A stretch of 64,000 nt of DNA, taken from NCBI RefSeq assembly GCF_009914755.1, contig NC_060929.1, one strand, 5' to 3'. Shown in pieces: positions 51,852 through 64,000 of the stretch. A program made the position numbers and the translations under genes. Source of the stretch: the human T2T-CHM13v2.0 reference genome, Homo sapiens. The notes under the pieces are model-generated. The model was not told the DNA's origin. It did not search any database and saw nothing but the letters and a program-made list of their open reading frames with translations. Each line of letters begins with the position of its first letter. Position 1 is the first letter of the stretch.

Positions 51852-52351
51852 GCAGTTAGAGTAGATAATTCTAAGTTCCAATGATTCTAAGAAAATGTGG
51901 CTTGGAAATAAACTAGATATTTGATTAGCTATAAATTTACAAAACAAGTATGAATGTTAAAATTTTAAGGGTAACAGTAGTAGTAAAAAAAGTAAACTTT
52001 AAAACTTCTAAAACAGTTGAGAAAAAAACAGGAATTTAAGAAAAATAATACACAAATAAATAAGTAAAACTCAGTCACCACCCGCCCCCACAAAAAAAGG
52101 CAAATTAGGAGAAAAACAGAACGTAGAAAAAGAGTAAGTAGAAAGAAGAATATAGAAATAGACCTGAGTTGATCAATAATCAAGTTAATATAAGTGACAT
52201 ATAATATAAGTAAATTAATAGAAGTCATCTATAGCGCACATAGTCATCAGTGTGCATCTTTTCAAAAATCATCCATGTATTCTTTGTAAGAATCACATCC
52301 AAAAGGCAAAACACACAGTTGTAAATAAGGGATAGAAAAATGTAAACCAAG

Positions 52352-52690
52352 TGTCTTATTCCCTTTTGTGCTGCTAGGACAAAATACCACAGCCTGGGTA
52401 GTTTATAATTGACAGGCATTTATTTGTTACAGTTTTGAGGCTGGGAAGTCCAAGGTCAAGGCCCCAAAATATGTTAAGAACCTTCCTGATGTGTCATCAC
52501 ATTGCAGAAAGCAGAAGGGCAAAGAGACAAACAGGGATCAAACTTGCCGTTTTATAATGGCATTAACCCTATAAAAAGCAGAGCCCTCACGGCCTAATCA
52601 CCTCTTAAATGTTCCACCTCTTAGTATTGTTACAATGGCAAGTACGTTTCAGCATGAGTTTTGGAGGAGACAAGCATTCAGACCATAGTA
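52352..52690 (-). mobile_element. MSTC/MSTD MaLR solo LTR
   Basis: tgtcttattcc..tgctgctaggacaaaataccacagcctggg..gcctaatcacctcttaa..cattcagaccatag. Confidence 0.8.
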
Positions 52691-53096
52691 CAAACTTTAA
52701 CCAAATCAAAGGAAATACTAGGAGAAACAAAATGTTAGTTTCAGACAAAGTAGACTTTAAGGCAAAATAATCAACGATAAAAATGTCAACATAACGACAA
52801 TGGGTAACTTCTTCCAGGAAAATTACATATATTTATACAATTTTTAATAAAAACATTTATATCATATATATTTATAACATATATGTGTTTTTATTTTTTT
52901 ATGCAAACATATAAATGGTTTATATATGCATGTCTCTATTTCTGACATTCAAGACACACAAAGGAAAAAAATAGTAACAGAATTAGAGGTGGAAAAATGT
53001 AAAATGTATTATTATTGTGGGAGATTATTAAGACAACCTGTTTCAGTAATCGAGACCTAAATATATGATATGTTTAACATGATAAGGATAGCTTAA

Positions 53097-53416
<320 letters not shown>

Positions 53417-53807
53417 TAAAACATTGATTTTTAAAGCATATACAGAACCATTTATCCTGAAACACTAACATTTGAACAGTTATTAATATTTATTATGTTA
53501 TATAGATAAGAAAACCAATCACAATAAACTTCACAGACTATTCCTTCTAACCACATTCAATAAAGTTATAATTTATTCAAAGAAATAATTTAAATGTTAA
53601 GAATTTCCAAAAAAGTATATAGAACTTGTACCACAAAGAAGAGTATAATGAAAATTAGACTATATCTAGAAATGGATAATAACGGTACTAATTTTTGAAA
53701 GAAAGAACTACAGAAATATTTAGAAATATACTAACATTAGCAAAAAAGAATGATAGAAAATATTTAGTATTATTATTGAACGCAAGAAGTTAAAAAATAA
53801 CAAATGA

Positions 53808-54200
<393 letters not shown>

Positions 54201-55294
54201 TAAAAACCCAATGAGATAATTATTTGGGAAAAAAATAATAAAATAGAAAACATCTAGCAAGAATGACAAAGTAATTTTTTTAAAAAAACCCATAAATTTA
54301 TGAAGTTTTTTAAAATGAGAAATTAAAAGGAAAAGTGTAGTAAAACAAATTAGAAAATAAAGTGAAATGAACAATGTCTTGGGGTGGAGGAACTATAGTA
54401 TAATGCTAAAAGTAACTCAAGATCAGAATCAGAATAAACTGTATAAAAGTATAGAATTCATATTTAAAATTCGCCAAAACTAAAGCAAATGAAAACAAAA
54501 TGCCATTCAGATTCAGACAGTTTCAGATGAAAATTCTAACAATAACTTAAAGAACAGACATTCTAACATTTAAAAAATTGTTTAAAGGACCGGAAATAGC
54601 AGCGTGTTCTGAAATCTAAGAATGAAGTTGCTTAAAACAGGGACAAGAACATTATAAGAATGGAATTTTACAGACTAATCTCACTATTGACCAGAAGCAG
54701 CAAGAATATTAAATATCTTAGCAAACTAAATCCAGTTAGGTATTTTTAAAAATATAGCATAAACACATTGGGTTTATACCAAGAATGCAAGGATGATAAA
54801 CATTTTAAAATCCATTATTGAGACTGAAAAATGTAGATCAAAAACAATTAACTTAAGACATACAGTAAATGTATTTAATTAAATACAATAAACATTCAAA
54901 ATAAAGCTTTTTTTAACTATAAAGAGCAAAACTTTTTCTTATTGTAATAAAAAGTAAAAACTTATGACAAACTCAATATTTAATTATAGAAAGATAAAGT
55001 AATTTTTTTAAAGTAAGTGGCAAGAACAAAATGTTTTCTCTCACTATATGTTTTTAGTTCTTTTCTGGGTGTCTAAGACAGCACTGTGAAGTAAGAATAA
55101 AGAAGAAAATATTAAGGACCTGAACAGTCGATATGTTTGTATGCATGGAAAGCCCTAGAGAAACTAGAGCTAAATTTCTGAAGTTAATAAAAATATTAGA
55201 ATGTTGATAGTTGTAAAATCAATATATAAAAATGGATTGCATTCTAATAAACCATCAACAAACAGAAAACCTAATTGTAGAAAGTGTCATTTAC

Positions 55295-55625
<331 letters not shown>

Positions 55626-56431
55626 TTAAATTTAACAATAGTAGTGCAGTAACTTTATGGGTAAATATATGAAGCATTATTAATAGTCATAGAAAACAAG
55701 CTAACTAAATAAAGAGAGACAGCAGGCCATAGGTGGAAAGATAGGCAAGTCTGCAAATCAGTAGGGAAATGCTGACATACTTAATAAAGAGCATGAGAAA
55801 AACTAGTTTTGCTAAAAATCCAAATATTTTGGATAAGGAATACTCGGTTTGCATTCATGTTGAGGGAGAAAGTCCCCCTTGGGTCTTTGAATGCTCCTCT
55901 GCCCATGCAAGAGCTGAGCATTTCATGACGCGGGGGAAAAGGACTACTGCCAGATTCAGACAATTACCTGTAGTTGGGAACTGAAAAATCCCCACAGGGT
56001 GGGGAGAATCATTTGAGTTCCTGCCACCCAGTACGAAGATATCTTGTTGACTACACAGGGCATTTTTGTAGAGTCCTCAGAAAATCAGTAGGAGTCTCTC
56101 CCAAAAAAGTGGAGACAAAATAGCCTAGAGTTAAAGACTGCTTCAGACATATCCTGAAAGATACATAAAACCAAGCTGCCAAAGGACCAAGCTGACCCTC
56201 AAATAGTGTGTCTGCTTATACGCCTGCCCAAAGCCACCATGCTCTCAAGCCATAGCGAATATCCAGAGCTCAAAATCATAAAATTCACAACATCTGGAAT
56301 ACAACAAAAATTTAATAGAAATAAGAAAATTTCACTGGATGCTATTAACAAAAAATAAATACCATAAAAAATGAATTTGAAAACATAGTAAAAGAAGCTA
56401 TATAAGATGAGAAAAAGAAATTTAAGACATT

Positions 56432-57033
56432 GAACTCACTAAAATTTGTTATAACCTCAAAATCAATATCCGAATCAATGGTCACTCATGGGCGCGCGTA
56501 AGACAGTGAAACATTTGAGTCATTCAAAAGGCTCATTGTCAGCTGAGGTTGAATGAAACGGCATTATGTCTTGTTGTTTTAGCTTTCCTACTGTAGAAAA
56601 GTGTCTTTTTTGTGGTCTATTCAGTGCCACACTTTTGTGCTTTTTGGTGGTGATTTTGCTGTTTAAAATGTCCCCCAAGCATAATGCTGAAATGCTGCTC
56701 CTACGCACAGGAAGGCTGGGATGCACCCTATGGAGAAAATGCATCTTAAGCCTCATTCAGGCGTGACTTACAGTGCGTTGAGTTATGCTGCATGAGTTGC
56801 AGTGCCGTTGGCTGTGAGTTCAATGTTAATGAATCAACAATATATAATAAATACGGTAGATTTAAACAGAAACACATAAAACAAAGTTATGTGTTGACTG
56901 GTTGATAAAAATGAAGGCCCACAGGAACCTACCTCTGTACTTCCCCTAGGAGCAATGGTTAAGTATTCACTAATTCAGCATCTGTGGTGACTTTGTAGAC
57001 TATAACTACCATAAATAGTGACAATAGACTACA
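56432..57033 (+). mobile_element. MER82-like TcMar-Tigger DNA transposon
   Basis: cagctgaggttgaa..gtgattttgctgtttaaaatgtcccccaagcata..gctgtgagttcaatgttaatgaatcaacaatata..ttcccctaggagcaatggtt. Confidence 0.75.
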
Positions 57034-59769
57034 CTTCTTATAGCAATAAAATTGCTACATTTTAATGCAGAAATATTGTAGCAACAACATTAAGAAGATA
57101 TACCTTCTAATAATAAAGGAATTTCTTGTATTGAAATAACTCTCCAGCCAATAGTAGTTATAGACTGTAAAAAATATAATAAGCAATATTTTGAATGCAC
57201 TTGTCTGTTACTAAAAATTAGCATAAACTAGAGGAGCTTGACCCTCGAAAGAAGAAAACCACAGTGAAATCTACATGCGTGCAACATTTCCTCCAGGGAC
57301 AGTCCGCGTTCCTTTGTCACAGTCAGAGAGACCCACGCAAAATCCACACTGGTACCAGCTGAGAAGTCAGCAGGTGGAGTTTGGGCAGCCACTGTGGGTG
57401 GGAATGGGGAGGGCATGAGGAAAAGGAAGAAACAGGAGGAAGACCAACATCTCTGCTTATCTCTCGTCAGATCTTGATTGACCCTTCAGCTGTGCATGCG
57501 AGAGTCAGAAGGAAAAACTCGCTGAGCAGAGAGCTTAACAGCGTCTACCATGGAAGACAGTGTTTGGAGGCTGAACACCAACCACGTTGAAGGCCTGTTC
57601 AACTTCACTTCACATGGGAGGAGAAGGACAAACAGCACTAGAAGGAAATTGAAAGTAGATGAAAATATACTAAGACAGCACGTAGCTGTCTAGGGAAGTT
57701 ACCGCATGGTCCATGGAAAGAAATTTATGACAGGATGCAGATCACAATAAGGAATCTTTAAAATATCAGTAAGAAAAAATGCATTTTATGTAGAAAAGTT
57801 AAATTCCTAGCATTACAGATTTTTCAGTTATAACCATTCCCCTGAAAAGTTCCATCAGAGCCAATAAACAAGCGGGGACAACATCACAGCAATAAATAGT
57901 CACTAGTTATCATTTTATATCAAAATGTCAGATTTACTGTATAACATATACAGTTATTATTTGTCAATTAAAAGTGAAAACAAACAAAGAAGTAGTCACA
58001 GTACTAACATTTAAAACCCAGAGGAGGAACTCACATGTTGGTGTTTCAGTTTTGACAGACCTACTAGGATGAACTATCCTGAGAGGGCTGTTGCAGAGGG
58101 TGTTGATTTCAGCAAGGCATTTGAAATCATTAGATTTTTTTTTAAAGGATAAAGCAGAAATAAATTTAAATTCATGGGCACCTAAGGAAGATGTATTTGG
58201 ACCTCTGTGCTGTTCTTTGGTGTGCCAGAAGCAGTTCTATCACTTCCTCACTGTAGCTGAAGAGTGGATTCAGTGTTATCCCACAGAACTCACGTGAAAC
58301 TGGGCAGTACACAAGAGCAGGTGTTTTGGACGTGTCTCATCATAGCTGCTTTAAGAGGAAAAATGATAATAAATGCGTGTATTCCCTGCCCATGTATTTT
58401 TGTTGCTAAAATTGTTTTTTAAAATTGTCTTTCCCTGGGAAACCTAAGTAGAGTATCTCCACGTCTGTTTTAGGCAGCTTCTTTTTGGTTTGCGTGCAAT
58501 TTTTATTTAAAAAAAGTGAAAATTAGGATTTATAGAATCATGAAGTAAGTATGACTCATGCATTCATCATCCACCATCCCTCTTAGTTCTGATTAAAAGA
58601 TAAACAGGAAGGATTAATAATGTTATTTTATATAACAATATTGGTGGACATTGGTGCCCTTACACGTGGCAGATTTTTTTAAAATCCAAAATAAAGCTTA
58701 ATGTAAGATTAGAAGAATAATCATGCAAAGTCCACTGAATCTTTGCAATTCATGTGGAGGGAGGCCTTGTTCATGTAAAAATGTCCCACCAGCTCAGGAG
58801 ATTGGCTGAATATGCTGTCTATATTTTCTAGAAGTAGCTGCTGGAGTTTGTTCTCCAAAGAACTCAGATGGGACTGAGCTGTACACAGGTTGATTTCTCT
58901 CCAAGGCTGTCATTGCTTGCAGCTAGCTGTGTGAATGATTTTCCAGTTCCTCACTTATAAATTGAGGACTTGGGATTAGGACAGTTAAGAATCATCCAAC
59001 CATAATTGTCTAAACTTCTGCTGCTGCCTCAGGTCATCCAACCCTTTAAGCCAGCAGGTGAAGAAGCAGATTCTCCAAAGCAATGCCTGAACTCAACACA
59101 ACTTGCTCCTCAAGTCGGCATTCCTTCTTGTATTCTTCTATCCAGTGGCTACGGCTGAAGTTTTCATTTAGAGAGCTCAACTAGCTGAGTGATGTACATA
59201 TGATGGAATCTGGTCCACCTCTAGAAAACTAGGCTCATAACAAAGAGGGGAGTTACCTGATCTATTGAATAAATGGGAGGTAGGCTTATATTACTGACCA
59301 AGTTAACGAACATTTCTAAGGGGTAGTTAGTCTTCAAAAAATTTTTGTGTGTATTCATTTTTTTAATCAAATAAGGCTATTAGATGCTATGCTTGTTCAA
59401 GATTCCATATAGCTTTTACTCCTAACATGTGACCTTCTGGATGAAAATTGCTTGAAACTCTGGTGTCCATCTCAGCATTTTCTTAAGAAATGGTTGCTAC
59501 TTTGTTCTCTGTTGCTAGGAACTCAAGAATATAGACGCTCAGGAATGAAATATGGCATTTGTTGGTAACTCTATTGTAACATCATTAGATAGACTATCTC
59601 GGAGAAAAACAAAAAGGAATATTATTTTAAGAGATTACAATAGATTTTGTAATAAAGGTTACTAAAAGGGATATTGTAAGAATTATTTCAAAAGTCATAA
59701 AATAGATATTAGAAAATTTGTGAATTACAGAAAGCCTTATAAAAATTGTAATAGTAAAAATTATCATTT

Positions 59770-59995
59770 GTGAAGTACTTGCCACAATATGAGAACTAAG
59801 CCCTTCTATATATTATTGATTCATTTCTCCCAAGCCGCATGAAATAGGTAATATTACTAGCTCTTTTATATAGACGAGTAAACTGAGAATTAGTTTACAA
59901 ATCATTGGTTACACATCCACAACTATGGGTATACAGCTAGCAAGTTAGATTCCATCTCAAATCAAGTGATCAAGGCTAAATTCTTTACCATTGTA
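59770..59995 (-). mobile_element. MIR fragment
   Basis: atgaaataggtaatattac..ttttatatagacgagtaaactgag. Confidence 0.55.
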
Positions 59996-60213
59996 ATTAT
60001 CTATCAAGTATTAAATGGTTTTTTTCTTCTGGTCTTTCTATCTTTGTACAGATTTATATTTTTAGAACAAATTGAGATTATACTACCTATACTCAGTTGG
60101 TCTAGTTGTGTTGCTAATAACATTGTGAGTATATCTCCATATCATAGACTAATCTTCATAAAATATTGTGTTTAATAGCTCCATGGCATTCTGCTAAGTG
60201 ATATGTGGTGAAA

Positions 60214-60720
60214 TGTATTAGTTATTTATTGCTCTGTCATCAGTCATTCCAAAATCTCAGAAGCTTAAAGCTGCAGATATGTATAATCTGGCATGGTTTC
60301 TGAGAGTCAGGACTCTGGGAGCAGCTAGGCTGATTGGCTCAGGCTTGGATTCTCCCACATGGTCACAGCTGAGATGTTGAGTGGGACCATGGTCATCTCA
60401 GGGTTTGACTGAGGCTTGAGCTGCCCACCTCCCTCACGGCACTGCTGGCTGGAGATGTCAATGCCTCACTAAGAAGAACTCGCCTTACATGATGGCAAAT
60501 GGCTTCCTGCCAGGTGGGAGACATAGGAGAAAGCAAGGAGTGAGTCTCGGTGACTTTTACGAAGTTGTTTCCAATGTCACGTGCCATCACTTCCTGCTTA
60601 TTATATGTGGTACAAGTAACTCATCAATGCCATCCCACACTCAAAGGCAGGGGAATTAGGGTCCCTCTGGCATAATAAAGAATATTCATGAGAGTGTGGG
60701 AATCCTTTCAAACCATAACA
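60214..60720 (-). mobile_element. MLT1F-like MaLR solo LTR
   Basis: tgtattagttatttattgct..ccaaaatctcagaagcttaaa..gtcatctcagggtttgactg..gccatcacttcc..cacactcaaaggcagggga; TSD tgaaa/tcaaa. Confidence 0.7.
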
Positions 60721-60940
60721 TCAAATAACTCTACCTTTGCCTTTATATGTTTTCTAATTGAATTCTATTAAGAACATTGTTACCAATAACTTTGTATATA
60801 AAACTGTGAATGTTTTTGTCATTTGTTTCAGGATGATGTTCAAGTAAGATGATTAGGATAAAGGATACAGATTTTTTTTAAGTTTATCACACACATTACA
60901 GAAGAATGGCACATTTTGAACCAAAGAGGTGGTTCCAGAT

Positions 60941-61825
60941 TGTGGAAGACTGTATTTTCCAAAGGTGACTAATAAAACATATTGTATTTCACATATTATT
61001 CTTAAAATGTGATGCTGAAAATATTACAATTGAGAATGGTAGGAGCTACATCCTAGCCCCCTGTTTAGTCTGTTTGGACTGCTACAACAAAATACTTTAG
61101 ACTGGGTCACTTCTAAACAACAGAAATACATTGTTTACAGTTCTGGAGGCTGAGAAGTCCAGGATGGAGGTGTCAGCAGTTTCAATGTCTGGTGAGGGTC
61201 CTCTTCTTCATAGATGGTGCCTTCTAGTTGCATCTTCACACGATGGAAGGGGCAAGCAAGCTCGCTGGGGTCTCTTTTATAAAGGCATCATCCCAATCAT
61301 GAAGGCTCTTTACTCATGTCCTAAGTGCCCCTCAAAGACTCCATCTTCTAATACTATTACCTTAAGGCTTAGGATCTCAACATAGGAATTTTGAGGGAAC
61401 ACAAACATTCAGGCCATAGCACCTGGGCTTAAATCTAGGTGAAATTTTGTGGCTTCCCCAACCAATAGGGTATGGCAGAAATGACACTATGTGACCTCTG
61501 AGTAGGTCTTGATAGATGTTGTGCACTTCTGCTTTATTTTCTTGGAATATTTGCTCTTAGAATCCAGCTGCCATGCTGTGAGGAAGCCAGGCATCCTCAA
61601 AGAGAGACCACATGTATGCGCTCTGGATGACACCATAGCTAGGATGGTGGTCACCCGTCGACCTCAACCACTAGACAGGAAGTGAGTGAATCTCCCAGTA
61701 ATTTCAGCCTCTGGATAACAAGACCTTCCATCTTTCAAGATATCTCAGTTGTCATTCCGTGGATCAGAGATGTGCTGCTTCACTGAGTCATGTCTAAGTC
61801 AAGATCATGAGCAAAATAAATGGCC
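60941..61825 (+). mobile_element. MLT1G-like LTR split by an MLT1A0 insertion
   Basis: tgtggaagactgtattttccaaag..|..ccaatagggtatggcagaaatgac..ccagctgccatgctgtgaggaagcc..atcatgagcaaaataaatgg. Confidence 0.7.
61062..61421 (-). mobile_element. MLT1A0-type MaLR solo LTR
   Basis: ttagtctgtttggactgctacaacaaaatac..gttctggaggctgagaagtcc..cacaaacattcaggccatagca. Confidence 0.82.
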
Positions 61826-62300
61826 AGCAATTCCACTCCAATGTATTCTCCTGAGAAACAATGAAAACATATGTCAATAAAAAGACTTGTATAAGAAAGT
61901 TTATAAGTACCAAAAACTGGGAAAATTCCACATGTCTATTGAAAGGACAACAACAGGTAGACCATTGCACTGTATCTGTAAAATGGAGAAGCAGCAGGGA
62001 AAAGGAACCAAATACTTATGTATACATCCTTTCCAGTCAATCCCCACACTGGCCCATCCCACAGGAGTACATACTGCATGATGCATTTGATCCATGGTGA
62101 TAAAAACAAGGTGGTGGTTATGAAGGCCAGTGTGGGAGACAGACTGGAAAGGATGCAGTGGGGCTTTCTAGGAGGATGGAAATATTGTGTGTCTTGTGTT
62201 GAATATGGCCACACAGAGTTATACTACTGTCAAAAACTTATCAAACCAAACACTCAAAATCTATGTATTTTACTGTATGTTAATTATATCTCAGTCTCTT
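61826..62300 (+). mobile_element. Ancient L1M 3' end fragment
   Basis: cagcaattccactcc..atgaaaacatatgtc..aaaactgggaaaattcc..tactgcatgatgcattt..gtattttactgtatgttaattata. Confidence 0.7.
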
Positions 62301-64000
62301 AAAATGGTACCTGTGTAACTGCACCCAGCTTCTAAAATACTTGTACTCTCTCATTCCAACTAGACATATTTAATAGCATCACAGATGGACATTTTCTATT
62401 AAACTGTAAGTGGATGGAAAATGAGAAACGGTATTTGTTGAAGGTCATTTTTTACTACAGAGACTTCGTTAATTTAACTTGAGGCTAGAAGATGCCGACA
62501 AGTAAGCTAACCACTTGGTGAAATATGGGGTCTAAAGATAGAAACTTAAGCATTAAAGATTCTAGGGGATGAAGATTAAATTAGGCACTCTTGCTACTAA
62601 TGCTCCCATATGAATTTATTAAGAGGAAATTAGCACAGGCATTGGACATATTACCTAGCCAACACTTCTTCTTACAAGTTGTAGAAAATCATTGCGATAG
62701 AAGAAGGGTTATAGTAACATGATTAACAATTGCATTCAAGGTTCTGAAATGCAGTTCTAATTGATATAGGAAAAATCTAGGTGGTGGTGCTTTTATGAAA
62801 AGATTAAATTCTGTTCTGGGTCAAGAAGAAAAGCCTGGATGGAAATGTATCCTGTAGCCTCTGCCATCTTGACCTTTGAAAATTAAGAAAAAAGAAAATT
62901 ACTTGCATAGAGGTGAGCCTTCTCTTTGTTTAGAAAGTGGAGAACTGGTTACATGTCCTTCTCTAACATGAAACTGGACAAATATCACCTCTGTCTCTTT
63001 ATGTCCCATCAGGTTTAAAAACAGAACATTTAGCTTTCTATATCTCAGAGAATGAATGTGGATGTAACACTAACTGGATAATTGAAGAGGTACCAGTGGC
63101 CCCTGTGAATCCTTTCATTTCACTTCTAATGGTTTCGTCAACAATGTGTTAGTAATTTCAGAGAAAGAGGCATGAGGCCAGCTTTTCCACTGCAATTTTT
63201 TCCACATCAGATGTGGGGACCTACGGGGTGAGCAAGATGAACCACTGGGCCATGAAAGAAAATGTAAGAGCTTCTCATTGTATTAAATCTTAATGAGAAA
63301 GGAAAGAGTTATCTGTAATGTTTTATTATCAGGTCTCTAATCAAGATGGATAGGCACCCAGAGGAAGCCAGTGGCACCTCACTAGGTTATTTGCCTTACT
63401 GACATGCTTTGCAGCTTACATGTGTCACAAGAAGTTCGTTTAAAGATTGTATCACCTAATGTTACTGAGTTATCTTTGGGAATAGAAAATTGATTTCAAA
63501 AGTGTGTGCACAGAGATATCAGTTGCACCTCGGTAGTCCAGAGAGCAGAACAGTTTGGCCCAGTCACCCCCAGCAAGGGTCAAAAACAAAACAGGAGCCC
63601 CATGTGGACACAGATTCCAGGCGTCCACTTCTAGCTGACATGGAGTCAGTCACAGAAACTGCATATACCCTTTCCCTTAAAACAACAGAAAAAAGAATTT
63701 AGGAAATGATGTTTTTCAGGACACTTTACATCAAGCAGTGAAGGACAGTGATTATTGATATGCAGGAAACATGAAGAGAGCCCAAGGATGTGACAGCTTA
63801 CTATCCAGAGAGATTTTCCAGGCCACAGCACAGAGCAGGAGAAACAGGGTATTGTGGCCGACCACCTCAGGAGAGAGGCAATGCGGAGAGATGGGGAGAT
63901 GTGGGTCATCAGAATTTGCATCACTGAAGAAAGGAGAGGACAGGGCTGTAGGGAGAGAGAGCTGTAGAGATCTTCAGAGCACTGTCCTCAGACAGTCAGC

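Noticed and set aside
50126-51859. Cluster of ORFs on both strands
   Set aside because: Fragments of the THE1-int sequence with no intact retroviral gene

Overview
This looks like primate (human-like) genomic DNA, apparently intergenic or lncRNA territory. It is CpG-poor and dense in repeats, and I see no recognisable protein-coding gene, RNA gene, CRISPR array or CpG island. About half the window is transposon-derived: more than 20 ERVL-MaLR/ERVL/ERV1 LTRs, one THE1B provirus with a truncated 5' LTR, a ~6 kb near full-length old primate L1, older L1M/L2/MIR fragments, 11 Alu/FLAM copies and several Tigger/hAT DNA transposons. Repeat subfamilies were named by eye from remembered consensus sequences and need RepeatMasker/Dfam confirmation. 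I found no convincing new biological system. The best leads are: (1) a candidate spliced minus-strand transcript with a Kozak-initiated ~125-aa ORF between an LTR8 and an MLT1 LTR (891-2681); (2) an apparent L1 3' transduction bounded by a target-site duplication (TSD); (3) two templated inverted/direct-repeat repair scars inside the L1; (4) a local duplication in which only one copy of an L2 tail expanded into a (TGAG)n array; and (5) a deletion that truncates nested THE1B/MSTB elements.
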